A DNA stretch of 64,000 nt, taken from Pachysolen tannophilus NRRL Y-2460 (taxonomy: Eukaryota). The notes below the pieces were generated by a model. It saw only the letters and a list, made by a program, of their open reading frames with translations. It was not told where the DNA came from and did no database searches. Shown here in pieces: positions 11,228-21,814 of this stretch (its first letter is position 1; the number at the start of each line of letters is the position of its first letter). A program made the translations under genes and the position numbers. Location: NCBI GenBank assembly GCA_001661245.1, contig KV454012.1, positions 1,662,418 through 1,726,417 on the forward strand. Direction: 5' to 3'.

Positions 11228-12772
11228 ATGAGTAAATCTGCAGATACCAGTTTATTTGGAAGTGATATTTTTTCAGAAAATAACTGTTCAGTTTATTTTT
11301 TACCGTATGGAACCATTAGTTTATATGATCAATTTAATGTTTCAGTACTATCCAATGAGACAATCGTTTTTCCTGTGATGTATATAACCAACTGCTCGGC
11401 GGAGAGATCAAATGAAGAGATGATGCAATATTACTATCTTTTGGGTGAGCAGATGGTGCAGGCAGGATCTTTATCATCGACAAAAGATATTTTTGGTGGG
11501 AACTTGATTTCATTGGCATATGTCTATAGTTGTATATTGGTTTCTTCTATAATGTTGACGGTGTTATTATTCTTATCCACCAATTTCAAGCCCATGAGTC
11601 TTAAGTTTACTTGTATTACATTTGCTGCAAGTTGTCTTGTTATAGTTGTGAAGACCACTAATTGTATGAGAGAATTACTGATGTTAAGTTTACAAGATAG
11701 TTCTGAGTTTAGATTGGAAATATTAGTGAGTAATTATTATTTAATATTAAACATTATTATTGAACTATTTGTATGGATTGCATATTTGGATATTTTACTC
11801 TATTGTTTTAGCAATAACAAGAAATTTCAATTTAGAATAAAAATTGCAGGTTCTATATTAATTTTATTCCATTTGATTTTCACAACTTTAGACCTGTTTT
11901 TAAACAAAACTATTGGGGATTTGACAAAGGCAAATGCTATAAGTGTTATTAATATTATTTCTCAGTTGATGTTACAATTTTTATTTATTATAATATTTAT
12001 TTCCTTTACTTTAAGGAAACTTAAATTTTCTTATAATTTGAAAACTTTTAAATTTTCAATAGCAACTTTGTTTTTAATCTTTCTTCCTATTGTGTTTTTC
12101 ATATTGGCAAATTTTTCAAAAAGTATTAGGAACTGGTCTGATTTATTTTATAAATTCATCAAAGTCTTGGTTTGTTGTTTGATATGGGAATGGATTTATG
12201 ATATTGAAGTTGTTGAAAAAGATTTTGAAGCCCATGGTATTGTTGGAAGAGAAGTAGATGTTGCAGATATCTTGGATAAGGATGATAATGACTATGGAAA
12301 ACGTTGGAAAGGAAAATTTATGAAAAATAAAAAGTCAATTAAAAAATATTCTTATATCGATATAAAGGATAAAGATGGAATCCCTAATGATGTTTCAATT
12401 CAGTCTACAGAACATGACGGAGATGAAGATGATGAACAAACGCAATCAGAAATAACTTTTAGAAGTGGTACAACTTCTGTGATGGATAACCATGAAGATG
12501 AACTAGAAGATGAATTATATTCGAACGCTGTTCTTCATGATGATGAAAGCATTAACAATAATAGTATTGACCATAATGAAGACCAAACTTCCTTGCCAAG
12601 GTTTGAAGTACATGAAGGTTTCCAAATTGGCGATTACTGGTTAGACGAAAAAACTGAAACACAAGAGGGATGCAGTAACAATAGTGGTAGTGGTAGTGGT
12701 AGTGGTAGTGATAATCTTGGCTCTACTAGTAATAATAATAGTGATGATATAGTACAAACAGCAAATGTGTAA
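11228..12772 (+). CDS. PalH/Rim21/Dfg16-family 7-TM ambient-pH sensor
   Basis: About seven TM segments, the motif IWEWIYDIE..E.......IVGRE and an acidic cytosolic tail. RIM21 versus DFG16 cannot be resolved by eye. Confidence 0.8.
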   Translation: MSKSADTSLFGSDIFSENNCSVYFLPYGTISLYDQFNVSVLSNETIVFPVMYITNCSAERSNEEMMQYYYLLGEQMVQAGSLSSTKDIFGGNLISLAYVYSCILVSSIMLTVLLFLSTNFKPMSLKFTCITFAASCLVIVVKTTNCMRELLMLSLQDSSEFRLEILVSNYYLILNIIIELFVWIAYLDILLYCFSNNKKFQFRIKIAGSILILFHLIFTTLDLFLNKTIGDLTKANAISVINIISQLMLQFLFIIIFISFTLRKLKFSYNLKTFKFSIATLFLIFLPIVFFILANFSKSIRNWSDLFYKFIKVLVCCLIWEWIYDIEVVEKDFEAHGIVGREVDVADILDKDDNDYGKRWKGKFMKNKKSIKKYSYIDIKDKDGIPNDVSIQSTEHDGDEDDEQTQSEITFRSGTTSVMDNHEDELEDELYSNAVLHDDESINNNSIDHNEDQTSLPRFEVHEGFQIGDYWLDEKTETQEGCSNNSGSGSGSGSDNLGSTSNNNSDDIVQTANV

Positions 12773-13008
12773 TGGTATAAGAGAGGGTTTTTTACATGAC
12801 TGATTTTTAGGAATGGTTGTTTTTTTTTTTCTTGTTTTTTTATTTAATTTAGAACATAAATATATGGAATGAAAATGTATACCAAGGAGTTCATATTTAT
12901 AGACCAGCGATAGAGGAGAACTAAATCATCGGTTGAAATTATATTCCAACTGATTTTGTTTTCATACATACAACTTAGGACAATGAACACCTTCTCTTGT
13001 AATCGTTT

Positions 13009-13092
13009 GGAGGGTTGGCCGAGTGGTCTAAGGCGGTAGACTTAAGATCTACTGGACAGACGTCCGCGCGAGTTCGAACCTCGCATCCTTCA
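13009..13092 (+). tRNA. tRNA-Leu(UAA), intronless
   Basis: GGAGGGTTGGCCGAGTGGTCTAAGGCG-GTAGA-CTTAAGA-TCTAC, long variable arm, GTTCGAACC, ending ATCCTTCA. A T-run terminator follows at about 13103. Confidence 0.98.
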
Positions 13093-13187
13093 TTATTTAC
13101 ACTTTTTTTTTTTAATTTTTCTTTTAATATATATTTTTCACTACTGTTCTAAACTACTAGGCTACTAACCATTAATATTGAATTTAT

Positions 13188-15668
13188 TTACTGTATAATT
13201 TTACAAATCTCAATACTCATTTCAATGACCTCTCTATCGCTATCGTTATGTCTGATAAGTTTATTTAGGGATTCTTTTAATCCTTCAACCTGCTTAAGAC
13301 CATCCAATTTCGTTCTCTCAGACAGTATTGACTGAACTAAATTTAACAAAATGTAAACTGCTCTCAATACCAAGTCATGTTCATGTGATTCTGTATTCAA
13401 AATGTCAACCAAATTATGTACAATTTGAAATTCTTTTTCAAACTCGAGTATTACTAGACAAATAAATTCATAAGACTGTGTAACATTTGCAAAAAAATTT
13501 AAAGTAGCCACTTGGATTTTTAAATCATTTGACATCATTAAGTTACTCATTATTTTTAAATTTTTTTTCGAATCGATTGACTCAAAGTTGAAAAATTTTT
13601 CAACTAAAATGGGGGATATGATTAAATTTGATAATAATTCCAATGCAGATACAGCAATTGAACTATTTGAATCTAAAATCAAATTTTGTAAATTTTGATC
13701 GAAAGATATTTTAATAATTAAATTCTTAATGTTCATGTTTTCCAATGAGGATAAATTAGTTAAAGCCAAAAGTGCCTCAAAAGTGTCCAAATATGTTAAT
13801 TCTTCAGAAAAAGGATGTGAGTTGTCACTTGATTTCAATAACTCGACTAAGAATGGAACTGGAGTTAAGGAAGAAATTTCTTTAAAAAGCAAATTTGGGT
13901 CATTGTTAATCAAGATTTTGGCTAATGATCTTACTGCAAATATTCTAAATTCAAGATATTTTATATCTTCAAAATTTTTTATGTTACCAGTCTTTTCATA
14001 TTCCAAATTCTTTGATGTGTTAATCAAATAGTCCAAGATTAACTTCAAACCCCCTTGTTCAACAACAATTGGCCTGAAAGTTTTATCATTACATAAATTA
14101 TAAATCAACTTCATTAATTGATTATTGGCCCCAATACTGTTTCTTTCCAATTTCAAATTATCAAGAAATTTATGGGTTAACAATTTTTTAATGAATCTAG
14201 AAATATCTTCATCATCATCTTCAGTTGCTTCTTTATTATTGGAATCCACATTATTCAAATTAGCATGATCTTTTAAAGATTTAAAAGATTTCTGTTCCTG
14301 AGTTCGTATAACATTATATGTAGTTACATTTGTCAATATAACAAATATTCCATAAACTATAGAAGAGTCTATTGCATCTTTATCGTTGCTAAATGATTTT
14401 ATGTATTTCATAATAAATTTGAAAAATAAATCGTTATTTCTTAATTTCTTTTTAATATCAATTTTCAACGAAATATAAGCTAAACCTTCGATGCTCAACG
14501 TTATAAGTTCTAAAATATTTGAGTTATTATCATTTGTATCATCATACTCAAATGCTTCCATGAGATTCTCATATAATTGAATCAATCCAATTTTATCTTT
14601 TAAATCTTGTAAAGTTTCCAATTTGATAAAATTCCAATTTTTCAAAATCACCAATGAGATCAAAATTTTCAATTTCAAATCTTGATATTTGCTAAATTCT
14701 CCATCATTGAATAATATCAAACCATCAATCAAAATTTTAAGATAATTTTCGGCTATAAAATTTCTTGATTGCACATTAATACATGAAGAAGAAAACAATT
14801 TTAAAATTGATTCCAATTTCTTTAAAGACAGTAAATTTTTAATATTTTTCAAAGAAACATCTTTAATTATATCTGCTATTTCATTGTTTAAAAATTCAAT
14901 AAATCTTGCATTGGTAATGAAAAAATTTGCAGCAAAATCAGTTAATATTGGAAATAAATAATTTAATAAATTGAATAACAATAAAGCATCTTCGTTAGTA
15001 TCTGCGATTAATATCAAATTATCCAAATAATCTGCTAATGTTTCTTGTAATAATTTACCATTCAATTCGCTTAATTTGATTAAAATTAATAAAATATTTG
15101 TATGGAAAAATGGATCATTAAAGTATCTCAAGATGTAAGGTATAAATTGATGAAATAAAGATCCAGTATTAGGAAGAGTTATCAATGATCCTATAAGAAA
15201 TAAATAAAAATTGACCTTCTCTCTATCTTTAATACCAAATTTGAATTGTAATTTTAGTGTTGCTGCAAACTTATCTAACAATTTTGAACAAGTTTCTTGA
15301 TCTTGGTTTAATAATAATCTTATCAGGTAATCATAAACTATATTTGTTGTTGATTCAATTTTTTCAGATGTTAATTGGAAAAGCAAATTTAAATAAGTTT
15401 CAGCACAATAATTATTTCCACTTAACTTTATGACCAATTTTTTAGAAAATTCTGAATTATAATCAGTAGCAACTGTACCAATTTTCAATAATTGATAAAC
15501 ATTCAAAAGTTTTGTGCCTTCTTTAGACAAGAGTAGTTGGTCTACCAAAATTGACGATTTTTCTCCATTGTTGATAGCCATTTTCAAATACGACTTATCA
15601 CCATCATCACTAATAGCTATAGTCTTGAAAGAGTTTATGAATTTTTCAAACTCTGTTTCACCTGGCAT
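13188..15668 (-). CDS. SHE4: UCS-domain myosin chaperone
   Basis: SIEGLAYISL, R..VVEQGG, A.RSLAKILI..DP and FEALLALTNL motifs of UNC-45/Cro1/She4. Confidence 0.92.
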   Translation of the reverse strand: MPGETEFEKFINSFKTIAISDDGDKSYLKMAINNGEKSSILVDQLLLSKEGTKLLNVYQLLKIGTVATDYNSEFSKKLVIKLSGNNYCAETYLNLLFQLTSEKIESTTNIVYDYLIRLLLNQDQETCSKLLDKFAATLKLQFKFGIKDREKVNFYLFLIGSLITLPNTGSLFHQFIPYILRYFNDPFFHTNILLILIKLSELNGKLLQETLADYLDNLILIADTNEDALLLFNLLNYLFPILTDFAANFFITNARFIEFLNNEIADIIKDVSLKNIKNLLSLKKLESILKLFSSSCINVQSRNFIAENYLKILIDGLILFNDGEFSKYQDLKLKILISLVILKNWNFIKLETLQDLKDKIGLIQLYENLMEAFEYDDTNDNNSNILELITLSIEGLAYISLKIDIKKKLRNNDLFFKFIMKYIKSFSNDKDAIDSSIVYGIFVILTNVTTYNVIRTQEQKSFKSLKDHANLNNVDSNNKEATEDDDEDISRFIKKLLTHKFLDNLKLERNSIGANNQLMKLIYNLCNDKTFRPIVVEQGGLKLILDYLINTSKNLEYEKTGNIKNFEDIKYLEFRIFAVRSLAKILINNDPNLLFKEISSLTPVPFLVELLKSSDNSHPFSEELTYLDTFEALLALTNLSSLENMNIKNLIIKISFDQNLQNLILDSNSSIAVSALELLSNLIISPILVEKFFNFESIDSKKNLKIMSNLMMSNDLKIQVATLNFFANVTQSYEFICLVILEFEKEFQIVHNLVDILNTESHEHDLVLRAVYILLNLVQSILSERTKLDGLKQVEGLKESLNKLIRHNDSDREVIEMSIEICKIIQ

Positions 15669-15856
15669 CTTTCAATAATTTATTTCAAATGTGGTGATTA
15701 TATGAATTTTTGATATTTTATTATTATTATTTTTATTATTATTATTATTTAAATAGTTTACATGGAAAACAGTAGTGCCTACAAAAAAATACATACATCA
15801 AAATCGTTAAAATTAATACATAAAACATCTCTATCTATACCAAGCAATGAATCAAA

Positions 15857-17052
15857 TCATTTCTTTTTCCTTCCCTTTTTGTTTGCATTATTATTACTAT
15901 TTGCCATTATCACAGCACAGTCTGGACAATACCAAGTACCTTGTGGAGGTTCTTTTAATCCAACACAATCATAATGAAACCATTCATATTTACAATTTGC
16001 GTTATCACAAGCAATCATATTACCAAAAGAAACTTGGCGACAAAAGCAGTATAATTCGTCCTCTTCACCACCTGTAGCACCACCATGAACAATAAGGTTT
16101 ATATTACCATTTAATGGTTTATGTGCAGAGTTTGGGGTATTTGCTGAAGATGCTAGTACTAAACCTTTACCATTATTTGTTGAAGTTGTAGGAAATGTAG
16201 AACCATCAAGACCAGTAGTAGCAGTTATATCAGCCACTGAAGATCTTTTTAGGGTTGAAGACAATTTATTATTAATATCATTATCTGATAATTCATCAGT
16301 TTTAAGTTTCTTTGTTGGTCTACCACTTTGATATAATCCATTTGTCAGTAATGAAGGTGTTGAAGTTCTTGAAATTGATGCAGAAGATTGATGACCTCCT
16401 CTTCTTGAAAGAGTTCTCTTATGACCATTAATCAGTGCTGATCCCATCAGCATTCCTGTTGTTGAAGTTGAAGTTGGAGTTGCTGATTTTCTATCGCTTC
16501 TTAAAGATAAGCCATCAAGCAGCATACCACTACCACCTACAAATGACAGTAAATCAGATGATTCATGATCCAATATTTCATCCATTGGTGCTATTAAACC
16601 TTCCTTTTCAAGTCTTTCAATTTCATCTTGTAATTTTGTTAAATGTTGTGTCACAGAAAATAAAGCTGTATTTGAAAAAACTAATTTTTCTTCTTGTAAT
16701 TTAAATGCTTTTTCAAAATCTTCTTCAATTTTACTATAAATTTGTTGTTCCTTAGGATGTTTTGTTAATGAACCATGTAATCGTATAAATTTATGTAATT
16801 GATTATCTCTTTGTTGTATTCTCTTTCTAGTATCATAATATTTCATATCTTTCTCTCGTAATTCTGTTAACAAGAAAGTTAGCTCAGCGGGTAAATTCGA
16901 CACTAATAAAAAATAAAAATAAAAATAAAAATAAAAATAAAAACAAATACGTTAGTATGTATGAACAACACAACGAAAAAAAAATATATATATATATATA
17001 TTAATTACTTACAGTCCTGAGTGAACTGATCAAGAACAGTAGCAGCATCCAT
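15857..17052 (-). CDS. YNG2: ING-family PHD subunit of NuA4; intron 16903-17012
   Basis: Spliced N-terminus [20 protein letters not shown] (GTAAGT donor, TACTAAC 16951-16957, TAG acceptor). C-terminal PHD finger YCFC..VSFG.MIACDN..C.YEWFH..C. Confidence 0.92.
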
Positions 17053-17240
17053 ATTTGAAATACAACTTCAGTTCTACTTAATACACAAAAAAAATAATTA
17101 AATAAATATATATTTAAATAAATAATTAGATAAAAGAAAAGAAAAAACTAAAAAAAAAAAGATGTTTTTCGTTATTTAAAAAATAATTTTTTTTTTTTTT
17201 TTTTTTTGAAAAAACTAAAAAAACTAGTATGAATTGTACA

Positions 17241-17974
17241 CTACTTTTTTTGATTTCTATTTCTCACTAGTGGAAGATAGCTAAAAACGTCTAAATAACT
17301 TGGATCTGGTGAGTTAATTGTATCGATATGATTTAATGATTCAGCCAGTGACAGGTTTAATTTTGTTTTATTTCCAAAATTGATCAAATATTTTTCAATG
17401 ATCAATGCATTTCTGCTATTTGCCTTATAACCAACTTCAATTAAGTCACCTACAATTGGTATAAATCCTAATAAGAAATCCACCATAATATTTGCCAAGA
17501 GTTGTAGATGAATAGTTATTGGTAATTTCATTGAAAATTCAAATACCATTCTATATAATAATATTGAATTTATAACTGAAAGACCTGATCCAATTACTGG
17601 AATCAGTCCCAATAAACCATTCCAACCAAACCTTAAACCAATAAAACTAAATAACATATCCAAATGATACGACCTTCTTTTAATTTTTTCAAAAATTTTT
17701 GCATCTTGCAGAGATAAACCTTTTGGAATTTGTCTTTTACGTTTTATTTTCTTTGGTGGATCAATTCCATTTTGCGAAGGAATTATTACTTCCTCATAAT
17801 ATGGGTCTTCGGTGAAAAGCTTATTCCAATGATTTTCTTGAAACACCTAAAATTTTAATTTAATTTAATTTCAAGATTGGTATGTTAGAAAAAATATTAT
17901 TACTTTATAAAATATTGAAAAAAAAAATTATTTCTTACTTTACGTGTTGCCAACTTTAGTATCCATGTTAACAT
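17241..17974 (-). CDS. DUF4112-family membrane protein; intron 17847-17938
   Basis: Motifs LD..FSFIGLRFGW...LGLIPVIG and N..VDFLLGFIP.VGD.....YKAN.RN. Exon 1 MLTWILKLATRK|GTAAGA...TTCTAAC...TAG|GTG is in frame. Confidence 0.85.
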
Positions 17975-18709
17975 TATTTCTTAATTTTTTTAATTTCGTT
18001 AATTTTCAAAATTCAAGCGAATAATGAAAATTAAATCAACTATTTATCTATATACTATTAAGAAATCCATTATTGCTATTATTCTTTTCAAGTTGCTTTA
18101 TGCGAGTTTAAATGCAAGGTATTTTAAAAAAGAACGGTTGCGGCTCATACTTTTTTTTTTTTTATCTTTTTTTTTTTTATCAATAAAATAAATTTATTTG
18201 TTTCCCTTGATTTAGTACCCCCTTTTTTTATTTTATCTTTTAAGTTACTTTACTTTTAGACGTAAATAAATAAGTTAAGTAAAAAAATACGCATTTGGTA
18301 TTTTTTGGTATTTTTTTTTGTCACATGGAAACAATTTAGATCATTACAAAAGGTGACGTAACATGTCGAAATTGATCCCACAGTACACGTACAAAGATTA
18401 CTTATTTAACTTTAACAAACTAAATTTACGTAAGTCAGCAGTCCGAAAAGACAGATCCGAAAAATGAGTCCTAAAAAAAATGAGTCCCAAACATAGGTGG
18501 GTCCCAAATATGGAGATAAAGAACAAGAACAATAAAAAAAAAATAAAAGACAATTTATTGTAATGACAAACAAGGCAACAATAAAAATGATTTTTTTACA
18601 ATAATTATAGTAATTATAATAATTAGAATTTTTTTATTATGGACAAACAGATTTTCTCCACTCGTCATTACGATCAGATAAGAAAAGAAAAAAAAAAAAA
18701 AAATAAAAA

Positions 18710-19227
18710 NNNNNNNNNNNNNNNNNNNNNNNNNNNNNNNNNNNNNNNNNNNNNNNNNNNNNNNNNNNNNNNNNNNNNNNNNNNNNNNNNNNNNNNNNNN
18801 NNNNNNNNNNNNNNNNNNNNNNNNNNNNNNNNNNNNNNNNNNNNNNNNNNNNNNNNNNNNNNNNNNNNNNNNNNNNNNNNNNNNNNNNNNNNNNNNNNNN
18901 NNNNNNNNNNNNNNNNNNNNNNNNNNNNNNNNNNNNNNNNNNNNNNNNNNNNNNNNNNNNNNNNNNNNNNNNNNNNNNNNNNNNNNNNNNNNNNNNNNNN
19001 NNNNNNNNNNNNNNNNNNNNNNNNNNNNNNNNNNNNNNNNNNNNNNNNNNNNNNNNNNNNNNNNNNNNNNNNNNNNNNNNNNNNNNNNNNNNNNNNNNNN
19101 NNNNNNNNNNNNNNNNNNNNNNNNNNNNNNNNNNNNNNNNNNNNNNNNNNNNNNNNNNNNNNNNNNNNNNNNNNNNNNNNNNNNNNNNNNNNNNNNNNNN
19201 NNNNNNNNNNNNNNNNNNNNNNNNNNN
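18710..19227. other. Assembly gap (N run)
   Basis: Run of n flanked by poly-A. Confidence 1.
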
Positions 19228-19856
19228 TTTCGGTCCGGTTAGGAAAAAAAAAAAAAAAAAAAAAAAAAAGGAAAAAAAATTTTTTAAAAAGCTTCTCTTT
19301 ATGTATGAGAAGAAGCTTTTTTTTCTTTTAAGATCTTGATTACTATTTAGGATGGTTGGTTGGTTTTTTTTTTTTTTTTTTTGTCTCTCTCTTTTTTCTT
19401 TTTGTTTGGACTCGCCGCGCTGTTTTTCTTTTTTTCCCCTGGTAAAAAAAAAAAAAATTTGGTAAGTAAAAAAAAAAAAAAAAACTTCCGTTCTTCCACC
19501 GTTAGTATCATGATTTTTTTTTTTTTTTTTGTTATTTTTTAGCGCTGCTTTATATTTTTTTGATTATTACAAAGGCAATGGAAATCTTCGACCCTTTTCT
19601 TTATAGTATTCGTAATAATAGATTGATCTCAAATGCATAAAAAATAAAAAATATTATTATTAAAAAAATAACTAAGTAAGTGAAAAAGTGAAAAAGTAAT
19701 TAAGTAAGTAAGTATATGTGTGAGTTAGTAAGTGTGAGATCTTTTACGTTTGAAAAATTATAGTATATATTTACGTAAATTCTTCTTCCGTTCAAAATTT
19801 AAACAAGGAATTATAGATTTATTGATTGATTGATTAATTGATTAATATACATATAC

Positions 19857-19888
<32 letters not shown>

Positions 19889-19990
19889 ATATTAATATAT
19901 ATATAAATATATTGAACAAGGGTTTTTTTTTTTTTTTTTTTTCTTTGTTTTCTTTGTTTTCTTTGTTTTAAAAAATAAACTTGTTGGAGT

Positions 19991-20674
19991 ATGGATGATA
20001 TACTTTTCCAACTTTCAAATAGAATATACACTTTATTAAATGAAACACGATATGATCAAAGATTAATTATATCGATTTCTGGGGCTCCAGGATCAAATAG
20101 ATCCACAATAGCACAAAATGTTGTTAATAAAGTTAATAAGATTGCTCATAATAGAGGATTTATAGAGCATAATCAAAATCTTGCAATACGTATACCTCAA
20201 GATGGGTTTCGCGATATAATACATAATACAAGAACATTAATAATGCATGATTATCCGTCTATTTACAATCCAAAAAATTTTGTTGATTTGGTAGAAAAAT
20301 TACAAGAACCAATTCATGAAATACAAACAAATACAATTTATTGTCCTTCATATAATGATGATAAGGAAGAAATAGTTGAAGATAATATTGAAATTACACC
20401 TTCAATAAGAGTAATAATATTAGATGGTGGATATACTCAATTAAAAGATCCTATTTGGGTAGAGATTTCATCTTATGTACAAGAACGTTGGTTTGTTAGA
20501 GTAAGATCTAGTACTTCAAAAAAGAGAATTATTGAAAAATATTTAAAAAATGGTATTTGTAATAATCTTGATGATGCTTTAAAAAGATGTGAGGATATCG
20601 ATATGGTTAAGAGAGAGTACATTATTATGAATACTTTGATGCCAGATTTGATTGTGGATAGTGTAGAAGATTAA
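19991..20674 (+). CDS. YFH7/pantothenate-uridine kinase-like P-loop protein with degenerate Walker A
   Basis: Overall YFH7-like layout (IISISG.PGS, P.DGF, IY.P.Y....E.VED.I.I, ERWFV), but the P-loop reads GAPGSNRST. Confidence 0.75.
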   Translation: MDDILFQLSNRIYTLLNETRYDQRLIISISGAPGSNRSTIAQNVVNKVNKIAHNRGFIEHNQNLAIRIPQDGFRDIIHNTRTLIMHDYPSIYNPKNFVDLVEKLQEPIHEIQTNTIYCPSYNDDKEEIVEDNIEITPSIRVIILDGGYTQLKDPIWVEISSYVQERWFVRVRSSTSKKRIIEKYLKNGICNNLDDALKRCEDIDMVKREYIIMNTLMPDLIVDSVED

Positions 20675-21814
20675 AATCATCCCATTATTGTCATTATAAT
20701 TTTTGTTTAATGTGTAGTTAGTTAGCTATTAAAAAAAAAAAAAAAAAAGTAACAATTAACAAGAGAAAGGAAAGAAGGAAGGAAGGATAATAATATTTAA
20801 TGAAAAAGGTATATTATTTAATGAAAACAACGCGGAATTTTAAGGAAACTGATCTTTATGCTTTTTTTTTTGTAAACATTTTTTATTTAATGAATTTTTT
20901 TTAAATTATGTAAAAAGTTTCGAGAAATCGAGAAAAAAGGGCATCACCTCACACAACATATTAATTATTATTATTATTATTATTATTATTTTTTATTTTA
21001 TTTTTTTTAATAAATATTATAAAAATCGTTTCATGTGATGCATAAAAAACTACTATTTGTTCTTGTAGTATTAGGATTAAATTTACTTTAAGATTAATTT
21101 TTTTTTTATATCATCTAGCACGGACCGTAATTGCAAGGATATTGTACCTATTTGGTGAAAGTGAGCAAAAAATAAAAAAAATAAAAAATAATTTTTTTTT
21201 TGCAAAATAGCTTTTAGTTGTTAAAAGGAGTGAGTTTCAAATTACAATTAAAAGTGAAAAAAATAAAAATAAGCAACAGAGTTTGAAAATTATTGTAATT
21301 TTCCTTTATTATATTGCACAAGTTCTATCTATTTCTTTATATATATTCTTGTTTAGTACCAATTTTCTTTCTCGTACTACATTACTTGCATGCAGAATAT
21401 GCAGATGAAATCTTTATTTTCTCCCAAAAAAGGAAACTTCAACTTTATCGATATATGGGGATATTAAAATCTGGTTCTTATTCTTTCTTAAAAGATCAAT
21501 ATAAAACAATTGGAGAGATCTATTGAATTTTGCTTAACAGAGTAAGAATGATGATTTGTAGAATAGAATAGAATAGATTTTTACTCTGTTGTAGATCGAT
21601 ATAAATTCTCGTTAAGAATCGAATTTCTTAAATCTTTAATTTCTTTTAGCTTAAATTAAGTAAAAAATCATAATTTTTTGATTATTTTGTATTATTGATT
21701 CAATAATTCAAAAATTATATCTTTGTTAATTTTTAAGCACTTATTGTTTAGAAAAAAAAACCCTCCTCATCGACTTTATATCTTTTTTTTTATAGAACCA
21801 AAAAAAAAGCAACA

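Noticed and set aside
18639..19331. ORFs spanning N gaps (also 39017-39460, 50359-51030, 50466-50987)
   Set aside because: Artefacts of unknown bases and poly-A/T flanks.
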